Shown here one piece after another: positions 47,564-58,808 of a DNA stretch of 64,000 nucleotides. The position numbers and the translations under genes were made by a program. The first letter of the stretch is position 1, and every line of letters begins with the position of its first letter. Under the pieces are notes generated by a model. The model made no database searches and was not told where the DNA came from. It saw only the letters and a list, made by a program, of their open reading frames with translations. Source of the DNA: Euglena gracilis (Eukaryota); assembly GCA_039621445.1 (NCBI GenBank), contig CP154954.1, positions 45,301,847 through 45,365,846 on the forward strand. Reading direction: 5' to 3'.

Positions 47564-50500
47564 TTCACGGATTCGCGCGACCGATACCTGACCAGCTTGA
47601 CCCTTTTGAACCGGTTGACTTCGACGAACCAAAGTCAATGTAATCCGTGACCCTTGACTCCACTGGCCATAGAGATGTGACTCCACGCCCCGATTCTGTT
47701 TGGCAGAACTGCTTCTGGAGAAAAAACTTTCTCACCATAACTTGTTTGGAAATAATGAGCCGAAACTTTTCGGTGTTTAGCATGGAAAGTTTAGATATGA
47801 TTGTCAAAATGGTGGTTTGCCAATCAATTTTGGTTTTGAGGGTTTGGGGTTCACCCCAAAATTTTGATGTAAAACGTAACTGAGCTGGGCTTCTTTGGTG
47901 GGCTTTGGGTATTTTTGGTCAAGCCTGCCAGCCAACCTTTTCTCTTCATCTAACCTTTTTTCTTCAGCTTACAGCTTGGATCTTTCAATGCCCATGCAAG
48001 CCAAAAGGATCACAGGTTCTCTGTGTCCTCAAACAGAATCTTGCTGCTTTCACCACTGACTCACCTCTGGGGTCGCACAAAACCTCAAGTCCAGCTTCCG
48101 GACATTTCTAATATCAGCAACATCCTTGTGTCTGCAATCATCCCCCCCCACCAGGTGTCTTTAAGTCAGAACACCCCCCCCCCCCCGCGAGATGGTTGGG
48201 TTTGGGGCTGGACCCCCTGGGCAGGGATAGATGGGAAGCCCTTCGGTTTTGAGGCAGTGAGGGGGGGGGGGGGGTCACTGACTGGTTTTTTGAAAGTGGA
48301 AAGTGACCCCTCCCGGTTGGTTGGTAAGCAATGGTACGGTCCGGACCCCCAGGGGTGTTGGGAGGGGAGGTCCGGACCACCCCACCCCCCCCATAGTTCC
48401 AAAAATAGCGGATTTTCCTTCCGACGTGGTGTCCAGGTCTTCCACAAAACCGAAAATTTCCCCCCCCTTCAGTTTCGAGGTGGGAGCAGGGGCTTTTTTT
48501 AGTCGTGGACCCCCGGGGGGGGGGGAGTGGGTCCGGCCAAGCCCCCCAGGGGGGAGTGGGATATACTTTTTCGGCGCCGAAATTTTTTTGAAGAGGTGCA
48601 ATTGGAATTTTTCGCAATTTTTGAGTGGGTCCCCCGGGACCCCCCCCCCCCAGGGAGGGGGGTCCCCCCGGACCCCCCCCCCCCGGGGCGGGGGACCCCC
48701 CGGCCGCCCCCCCAGGGAGGGGTGGGTGGGGGGACCCCCCCCCCCGATCTTAAAAAAACCCCTGGGTGGGAGGGGGGGAAGTCTCGACTGGTCTGGAGCC
48801 GTCCGGGGGGTCCCAGGCCAGAGGCGGGTTCGCCGAAAATTTTTTGGAAAATGGCTGGGGTTCCTGAAAAGTAGCTGGCCCATCCCCCCCCCCCCCGCCC
48901 CTGCCCCCTCAAAAAATCCAAGCACGTCTAAAGATAGCAAAGTTTTTCTTTCGCACTGCGCCCCGGAAAATATATAAAAAGGCCTTTTTCCATTTTTAAG
49001 CATGTTGTACATTTGTTGATGTTTTGGTGTTTTTGGAAAATGTTCAAAATTTGAAACACACAAAGCCCTTGTGGGTTTTTATGATCCCCTGGCAGGGTTT
49101 TGGCTATTTTCCAGCGCAAAGCGCCAGATATTTTTGACCACACCCCCTCCCCCACAGGCAGGGCAGAACGGGAATCGGCCAAACAGCCAGGGTGGTGGGT
49201 GGGGGGGGGGGTCGACCCCCCCCCCCCCCTCCCACCACCTCTCCCATGTTTCCGGGAGCACCAATTTTTGGACCCGAAAAAAATTTCCGGCCTTTGGCGC
49301 CGGATGTTTTTTTTGCCCCATTTTGGGAGGCCCCCCAAAAAAACCCCTGAAAACCCCATTTTTTCACAACTTCCAAAAATTCAACATTTTCTCAATTTTT
49401 TGATTTTGAGAGGTTTTGAAGCAAAGAAAATGCCATTTAAAGTCCAAAAAAATCTAAGAAAAAAAATGTCTGTAAAATTTGATTGTGCCAAAAATTGGTC
49501 CACTTTTTTTGACCTGCATTTTTTCCACCCCCTTCCTAAAAACTACCAATTTTTTACCCTGAAATGTTTGAGATTTTTTTGTGAAAAAATGTGGTTTTCC
49601 GTCAAAAAATCATGTGTTTTGGGTGCATTTTTCCGGCCAAAATCCCCGTTTTCCCGAAATCGGTGAAAATTCTGTGGTGGGTGGGGGGGTCTACCAACCC
49701 CCCCCCCCCTCCCAGGTGTTCCCGTTCTGCCCTGCCCACAGGGGTGGGGGACCCCTCACTCCCTGTCCAACCCCTGGGGGGGGTGCCTGCTATGGGCACC
49801 TCAGCACAAGGAACCCTGAAAAGAAGCCTGGGGTCTACACCTCACCAGGCCTTCCTGCACAGCCCCCCCCCCCCCCGCAGGGCTATTTCGGACTTCAACT
49901 TTGTCACCATTTCATTAGTGGGATTTGCCGAATAATTTTGTCCAATGAACCCCATTGGACCAAATTATCAATTTTTCTTCACTGTGCAGCAACAGTTGCA
50001 GAGAATTGATTTAATTGTGGGCCCTAAACCAACCTCCTCCACATCCCTGGGTTCAACCCATTGACTTGCCCCCTTTCTCTCTTCCCATTTCGAGTCGCCC
50101 CAGAGCTTTCAACGATGGCCAGCTGGTTTTGTTTTCACCAAAAAAAACCATACAACCTGCCCCGATCAGGTCAATGGTCGACGGGCCGCCCATCCCCCCC
50201 TTGGGGGTCCAACCAGCCAGCCCCCCCTCCAATGATGAGTTTCAGACACCCAAGGGACGGCTGGACGGTGATTGTGCACAAAGTGGGTCAGAAAGCTGGT
50301 CAGGGCATAATTTGGGGTGGAAAAAGATTGGCAGTTTGAAAAAATTTTGCAGTTTCGATTTTTCTTGGTTCCTGGTTCAATCCCCAGTTGGCCAATTCTC
50401 ACTTCCTGGGGGGATCAGCCAGCCCAAATTTTCGTGTGGAACACCTTGGGGGTCGCTCAGCGACACGCTGGCTCCGATTCTCCAGGGTTTTGCAAGAAAA

Positions 50501-52387
50501 AACCTTCATCTCGGTGTGAATATTTTTTCCCAGTTCTGAGGAAGAAACCCACCTGCATTCCAGCCTGGAAGCTCTGGTTCTGATTTGACCTCTGCTCATT
50601 TCCATCTGGCCAACAGGGTCTTCTTCACCTCTTCTTTGTCAGCTGGTGTGGGGGTTTCTTTGGCAACAGAAACAGATGTGTGTGCGTATCAGGGTTTTTT
50701 TTTTAGTCTTGGACCCGGGGGGGGGGGGTCCAGCCGACCCCCCCCCCTACCAGGGGGGATGTGTGGTTGAAAGCAGCACAATTTGTGTTTAAAAACAAAA
50801 AAAGGAAATGCATCTACCCTCCACATGCTCTTTGGTAGCACCACACCCAGAGCCAAACCTGCCAGGGCCTGGGGGTAGGGCCACCCGTTCCCAAAAATAC
50901 GCTCCCACCTTTCCCGCAGCCGACAACAGCCGAAATGGACCATTTTTGGCCCCAGGGGGTTCGGAATAGTGAATGACTGTCCGGTCCGGGGGTGGGGTAG
51001 GCATGAAAATGAAAAAGTGGCTGGCTTGGCGCCAAAGGCGCCGGAAATTTTTTGGAATTTTTTGGCAAGTGATTCATGATAAAGGAATAGGCAAACTCCA
51101 GGACATTTGTGTGACCATTCTTCTGATTAAACTCTGCCTCCTTTTCCTCAAATTGGGTGAGGCCACATATGAGAACATACCTCCAATCTCATTGCGTCAC
51201 CATGGTGCCTTGCCAACATAAGCGAATTCAAGAGTGGTCGATCCCCGGGAGTAAAGTGACTGACTGGTTTTTTTCAGAGCGGAAAGTGACCCCCCCCCCT
51301 CAGGGGTCGCCCAGCAAGGGTTTGGTCCGTCCAAGCCCCCCCCTGGGGTGGGATATATTTTTTGGCGCTGAAAATTTTTGAAAAGGTGCTATTTTTAGCT
51401 TTTTTGTGATTTTTCGGCCATTTTCGGGGGAAAGTGAGTGGGTGGTTGGGTGGGGGTCCCGGTCGTTAAACCCCATGGTCGACAAGAAACGGTTTGGGGC
51501 TTTTTCGTGCAGCCCTTCCAGTGAATTCTTTGTTGTTTCTGACCAGATGCTTTTTTTTGGTTTGGGAGATGTTTCAACACCAAGAGATCCCAACACCATC
51601 ATCGCTTTTGTGACAATCTCACCACTGTCCAGAAGTGTCCAACCAGTCGGGAGGGAGGTTCTTGACAATCACATAAACTTCTGCCCCTGCCACTGTTTCT
51701 GCCCACGTCATCTGTCACATGAGAAGCAGGATAGTTACTTTGCAGAAAGGTTAAAAAGACAGTATTTGTTTTTTGAGAGAAATTTGTTTTTTGAAAGAAA
51801 TTCATTTTCTGCAAGCAAAACCTTCATCATCACAATTTCAGGCATTGCCCAAACTCTCGGTCTTTGGCACAATTAGGCAGAGAGAAAAACGTTTGAAATG
51901 GTTTGGACGGAATTAGTTCACTAACATATGAACCCCATTTCCAGGGAAAAGAGGCCTGCGACTCCTGGTATATTCGGGGGGCAGTGGGCCAAATAATTGA
52001 ACTTCATCTTTTGCGTAAGCCTCTGCGTAAGTCCACTGCTCCACACCTGTCTCCCCCCCTGGGCCAATGGCCAAAAAGTGACCGGTTTTCCTGAGTGGCC
52101 GACCCCCCCCGCCCCGGAGGGAATAAAGTGACTGACAAGTTTGGCCGAGAAAAGTGGCTGGCTGGTTTTTTCGGAGTGGAAATCGGACTCCGGTGAAGAA
52201 TGATCCAGGAGGAAGGGACAGCGAAGGCGGAGCACAAGACAACAGTGAGGTCCTGCTCTTCTTTCCGGCTGTTGTTTGCGTTTTTAGGTGTTGGTTGCGG
52301 TGTTTCTTACTGCTTTTCTTTGCCGGAGTAGGCGGATCATAACGTCCTTTTTGGCACGGAGCTACAACCAAAGTATTCAAGCTGATT

Positions 52388-54670
52388 ATGCATTTTACAC
52401 ACCTGCAAGACGGAGGCCTTCGAAGCGGCGTGGAGCAACATTTTCTCTCAAGAATCGCTGACAACAGCCTTCTTGCGAGATGCCGACGCTACCGCCGTGA
52501 TGGCCACGATTGGTTCAGGTCAGAAGTGGACTGGAGCAGGGTGGGATACAACCCGCTGTGCCCTTGCTGTACGGAAGCTCACTGGAGTGGCTATGGTGGA
52601 GTCTACCCTACAACCATATCTGGCGGCTTACCTCTACAGCTTGGCACTCACGAAGAACGTCTCGATACCGTCATTGGAGCTAAGCGACAAGGCGTCGGAC
52701 GTGGCCTTCAAGCTGTACGAGAAGTGGACGACGGCGACGACGACGACGACGGCGGAGATGGATCGCGACGAGGAGGCAGCGCGCGCGGCGGAGGAAGCCC
52801 AGGACTTCCCCTGGCAGACGGCCGAGGAGGCACTGCCGGGGGACCTGGACAGGATATGGACACAGGTACAGTCTGGGGACTTACGATTGGACGTACGAAG
52901 TTTGCTGGAACAGATACCCACCTGGAAGACCCTGAAGCCCAAAGCGGAGGAAAACAACCACCGTCAAGACGGTAAGAGTGGGTATGACCGCACCCTGCGT
53001 GCAGTCCAGCAGAAGTTCTTGAACATACTGCGTATCTTGGCAGCGCTGCACTGCACCTTACAAGGAGCCCCTGAAGACGTATTGGGTTTGAGCCAACAAT
53101 TGTTCGCATACGTGGCTGCCTGTGAAGGAGACATTGTCAAGGAGAGGAAGCGGAGAAGCATCCCTCAGACCATACAACCAGGAAACGGCCTGTTCACCCC
53201 TGAAGACATTAAAATGGCCAAAGCCCAAGCTGGCATCAACAAAGAGGGTATCAAATCCCCCTTCCAGGGTGAGTTCCCCATGTGGCATTTTCCCACCCCC
53301 ACAGGTGGAAAAGGGTGGAATGGCCAACAAATTGGCAACCGAGACCATGGCGGTCTGGCCCCAAAGGGAAAGGCAAGTCCAAAGGAGGAAAATGGTTTGC
53401 CCAACATCTTGCCAGGAAGTATTGCTCCTTCCTTTTCAGATCAGAACTCATCAAGTCCCAAGAGGACATTGTGTCCTCCAGAGCTGGGCATTGCGCCACA
53501 AAGTCCACCAGCCCAGAGGGGCAGAAACCAAGACATCTGCAGGCTGTGGGAAGCTGCATGCTTGAGATCTGTGGAACAGATCACCGAGGTGCTGCTGCTG
53601 ACAGAGGAACACTTTCTGGGAGTGCCTCTGTTTCAGAGGCTTCAGGAACAGCTTCCATGGTGGCAAAGGTTGCCCCCCCCAGGGTGTTGCAACTCATCAC
53701 ACAGGGGGTAACCCCCCCTTGGGAGTCACCCCCCTCCCTCAGCACATGCTCCATACCAAAGTCAAAGGTGGAAATACAAAAGGCAGAAAGCATTTTACAG
53801 GACTATTTTCAGGCAGGAGGCATAAAACCAGTCCCCTGGGAGGGTACCCAACACACCATCCCTTGGTTTGTAATCTACAAAAAAGAGCCTCAGGGGGAAA
53901 AACATCGTTTAATCAGCGACTGTCGCCAACTGAACCAGCATTTTTCCCCACACCCCTTCAAACTGGACAACATCCAGGTCATCTTCAGGCACCTGAAAAG
54001 AGGACAATGGGGTGCGAAAGTAGACTTAAAGGACGCCTACTTTCATTTAATGTTGAACCCAGCACTAAGACCCTGCATGAGGATGACTCTGGAAGACACA
54101 TGCTGGGAGTTCCAGGCAGCTTGTTTTGGTTTAAATGTGCTGCCAGAAAAATTCATGAGTCTAATGAAATGCCTGGAAAAACGTTGGAGGGCCAAAGGCC
54201 TTTTATGTTTTGTGTACCTGGACGACATCATCCTGATAGGAGACAGTCAGAAGCAAGTCAGCAACCACCTGGCCATCATGCTAGCAGATTTACTGCAGGG
54301 GGGTTTCAAAATCAACCTCAAGAAATCAATCCTTCAACCCACCCAAAATCTCCCCCATTTGGGATTTCACCTCAATCTGGCACAGGGAAAATTACAGTTG
54401 GGGACAGAAAAGCTGAAAATGGTTCGGAGGGAACTGGGGAAATTAGTCACACACCAGTCCCTCAGTTGCAGGAAAATGGCCTCAATTTTGGGATGCATAA
54501 GAAGCTTCTTGGTGGGGCAGCCCTTCCTCAGGGCATTCACAGACACTTTGGTAGGTTTTGTCAACCTACAAGAAAAATTTGGCTGGGATCATCAGGTTCC
54601 AATCCTGCGATTTTTCGGCCATTTTCGGGGGAAAGTGAGTGGGTGGTTGGGTGGGGGTCCCGGTCGTTAA
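52388..54670 (+). pseudogene. DIRS gag-RT, array copy 1
   Basis: 11-nt deletion near 52412 and 1-nt deletion near 53665; DLKDAY and YLDD intact. Confidence 0.88.
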
Positions 54671-55590
54671 ACCCCCCCATGGTCGGCAAGCAACGGTTTG
54701 GGGCTTTTTCGTGCAGCCCTTCCAGTGAATTCTTTGTTGTTTCTGACCAGATGCTTTTTTTTGGTTTGGGAGATGTTTCAACACCAAGAGATCCCAACAC
54801 CATCATCGCTTTTGTGACAATCTCACCACTGTCCAGAAGTGTCCAACCAGTCGGGAGGGAGGTTCTTGACAATCACATAAACTTCTGCCCCTGCCACTGT
54901 TTCTGCCCACGTCATCTGTCACATGAGAAGCAGGATAGTTACTTTGCAGAAAGGTTAAAAAGACAGTATTTGTTTTTTGAGAGAAATTTGTTTTTTGAAA
55001 GAAATTCATTTTCTGCAAGCAAAACCTTCATCATCACAATTTCAGGCATTGCCCAAACTCTCGGTCTTTGGCACAATTAGGCAGAGAGAAAAACGTTTGA
55101 AATGGTTTGGACGGAATTAGTTCACTAACATATGAACCCCATTTCCAGGGAAAAGAGGCCTGCGACTCCTGGTATATTCGGGGGGCAGTGGGCCAAATAA
55201 TTGAACTTCATCTTGTGCGGAAGCGTCCGCGGCAGACCACTGCTCAACACCTGTCCCACCCCCGGGGCCAATGGCCAAAAAGTGACCGGTTTTCCTGAGT
55301 GGCCGACCCCCCCCGCCCCGGAGGGAATAAAGTGACTGACAAGTTTGGCCGAGAAAAGTGGCTGGCTGGTTTTTTCGGAGTGGAAATCGGACTCCGGTGA
55401 AGAATGATCCAGGAGGAAGGGACAGCGAAGGCGGAGCACAAGACAACAGTGAGGTCCTGCTCTTCTTTCCGGCTGTTGTTTGTGTTTTTTGGTGTTGGTT
55501 GTGGTGTTTCTTACTGCTTTTCTTTGCCGGAGTAGGCGGATCATAACGTCCTTTTGGCATGGAGCTGCAACCAAAGTATTTAAGCTGATC

Positions 55591-57888
55591 ATGCAAATTT
55601 CGCACCTGCAAGACGAGACCGACAAAGAGGCCTTCGAAGCGGCGTGGAGCAACATTTTCTTACAAGAATCGCTGACAACAGCCTTCTTGCGAGATGCCGA
55701 CGCTACCGCCGTGATGGCCACGATTGGTTCAGGTCAGAAGTAGACTGGAGCAGGGTGGGATACAACCCGCTGTGCCCTTGCTGTACGGAAGCTCACTGGA
55801 GTGGCTATGGTGGAGTCTACCCTACAACCATATCTGGCGGCTTACCTCTACAGCTTGGCACTCACGAAGAACGTCTCGATACCGTCATTGGAGCTAAGCG
55901 ACAAGGCGTCGGACGTGGCCTTCAAGCTGTACGAGAAGTGGACGACGGCGACGACGACGACGACGGCGGAGATGGATCGCGACGAGGAGGCAGCGCGCGC
56001 GCGCGGCGGAGGAAGCCCAGGACTTCCCCTGGCAGACGGCCGAGGAGGCACTGCCGGGGGACCTGGACAGGATATGGACACAGGTACAGTCTGGGGACTT
56101 ACGATTGGACGTACGAAGTTTGCTGGAACAGATACCCACCTGGAAGACCCTGAAGCCCAAAGCGGAGGAAAACAACCACCGTCAAGACGGTAAGAGTGGG
56201 TATGACCGCACCCTGCGTGCAGTCCAGCAGAAGTTCTTGAACATACTGCGTATCTTGGCAGCGCTGCACTGCACCTTACAAGGAGCCCCTGAAGACGTAT
56301 TGGGTTTGAGCCAACAATTGTTCGCATACGTGGCTGCCTGTGAAGGAGACATTGTCAAGGAGAGGAAGCGGAGAAGCATCCCTCAGACCATACAACCAGG
56401 AAACGGCCTGTTCACCCCTGAAGACATTAAAATGGCCAAAGCCCAAGCTGGCATCAACAAAGAGGGTATCAAATCCCCCTTCCAGGGTGAGTTCCCCATG
56501 TGGCATTTTCCCACCCCCACAGGTGGAAAAGGGTGGAATGGCCAACAAATTGGCAACCGAGACCATGGCGGTCTGGCCCCAAAGGGAAAGGCAAGTCCAA
56601 AGGAGGAAAATGGTTTGCCCAACATCTTGCCAGGAAGTATTGCTCCTTCCTTTTCAGATCAGAACTCATCAAGTCCCAAGAGGACATTGTGTCCTCCAGA
56701 GCTGGGCATTGCGCCACAAAGTCCACCAGCCCTGAGGGGCAGAAACCAAGACATCTGCAGGCTGTGGGAAGCTGCATGCTTGAGATCTGTGGAACAGATC
56801 ACCGAGGTGCTGCTGCTGACAGAGGAACACTTTCTGGGATTGCCTCTGTTTCAGAGGCTTCAGGAACAGCTGCCATGGTGGCAAAAGGTTGCCCCCCCCA
56901 GGGTGTTGCAACTCATCACACAGGGGGTAACCCCCCCTTGGGAGTCACCCCCCTCCCTCAGCACATGCTCCATACCAAAGTCAAAGGTGGAAATACAAAA
57001 GGCAAAAAGCATTTTACAGGACTATTTTCAGGCAGGAGCCATAAAACCAGTCCCCTGGGAGGGTACCCAACACACCATCCCTTGGTTTGTAATCTCCAAA
57101 AAAGAGCCTCAGGGGGAAAAACATCGTTTAATCAGCGACTGTCGCCAACTGAACCAGCATTTTCCCCACACCCCTTCAAACTGGACAACATCCAGGTCAT
57201 CTTCAGGCACCTGAAAAGAGGACAATGGGGTGCGAAAGTAGACTTAAAGCACGCCTACTTTCATTTAATGTTGAACCCAGCACTAAGACCCTGCATGAGG
57301 ATGACTCTGGAAGACACATGCTGGGAGTTCCAGGCAGCTTGTTTTGGTTTAAATGTGCTGCCAGAAAAATTCATGAGTCTAATGAAATGCCTGGAAAAAC
57401 GTTGGAGGGCCAAAGGCCTTTTATGTTTTGTGTACCTGGACGACATCATCCTGATAGGAGACAGTCAGAAGCAAGTCAGCAACCACCTGGCCATCATGCT
57501 AGCAGATTTACTGCAGGGGGGTTTCAAAATCAACAGCAAGAAATCAATCCTTCAACCCACCCAAAATCTCCCCCATTTGGGATTTCACCTCAATCTGGCA
57601 CAGGGAAAATTACAGTTGGGGACAGAAAAGCTGAAAATGGTTCGGAGGGAACTGGGGAAATTAGTCACACACCAGTCCCTCAGTTGCAGGAAAATGGCCT
57701 CAATTTTGGGATGCATAAGAAGCTTCTTGGTGGGGCAGCCCTTCCTCAGGGCATTCACAGACACTTTGGTAGGTTTTGTCAACCTACAAGAAAAATTTGG
57801 CTGGGATCATCAGGTTCCAATCCTGCGATTTTTCGGCCATTTTCGGGGGAAAGTGAGTGGGTGGTTGGGTGGGGGTCCCGGTCGTTAA
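55591..57888 (+). pseudogene. DIRS gag-RT, array copy 2
   Basis: TAG at 55741, +4 nt near 55995, -1 nt near 57160, DLKHAY. Confidence 0.88.
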
Positions 57889-58808
57889 ACCCCCCCATGG
57901 TCGGCAAGCAACGGTTTGGGGCTTTTTCGTGCAGCCCTTCCAGTGAATTCTTTGTTGTTTCTGACCAGATGCTTTTTTTTGGTTTGGGAGATGTTTCAAC
58001 ACCAAGAGATCCCAACACCATCATCGCTTTTGTGACAATCTCACCACTGTCCAGAAGTGTCCAACCAGTCGGGAGGGAGGTTCTTGACAATCACATAACC
58101 TTCTGCCCCTGCCACTGTTTCTGCCCACGTCATCTGTCACATGAGAAGCAGGATAGTTACTTTGCAGAAAGGTTAAAAAGACAGTATTTGTTTTTTGAGA
58201 GAAATTTGTTTTTTGAAAGAAATTCATTTTCTGCAAGCAAAACCTTCATCATCACAATTTCAGGCATTGCCCAAACTCTCGGTCTTTGGCACAATTAGGT
58301 AGAGAGAAAAACGTTTGAAATGGTTTGGACGGAATTAGTTCACTAACATATGAACCCCATTTCCAGTGAAAAGAGGCCTGCGACTCCTGGTATATTCGGG
58401 GGGCAGTGGGCCAAATAATTGAACTTCATCTTGTGCGGAAGCGTCCGCGGCAGACCACTGCTCAACACCTGTCCCACCACCGGGGCCAATGGCCAAAAAG
58501 TGACCGGTTTTCCTGAGTGGCCGACCCCCCCCGCCCCGGAGGGAATAAAGTGACTGACAAGTTTGGCCGAGAAAAGTGGCTGGCTGGTTTTTTCGGAGTG
58601 GAAATCGGACTCCGGTGAAGAATGATCCAGGAGGAAGGGACAGCGAAGGCGGAGCACAAGACAACAGTGAGGTCCTGCTCTTCTTTCCGGCTGTTGTTTG
58701 TGTTTTTTGGTGTTGGTTGTGGTGTTTCTTACTGCTTTTCTTTGCCGGAGTAGGCGGATCATAACGTCCTTTTGGCACGGAGCTGCAACCAAAGTATTTA
58801 AGCTGATC

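Noticed and set aside
48100-49400. Long Pro/Gly-rich ORFs (also 782-2454, 19239-19699)
   Set aside because: Produced by G/C homopolymer-rich repeats lacking stops.
51406-51876. Spacer ORF repeated in each array unit
   Set aside because: No recognisable domain on either strand; recurrence is explained by the duplication.
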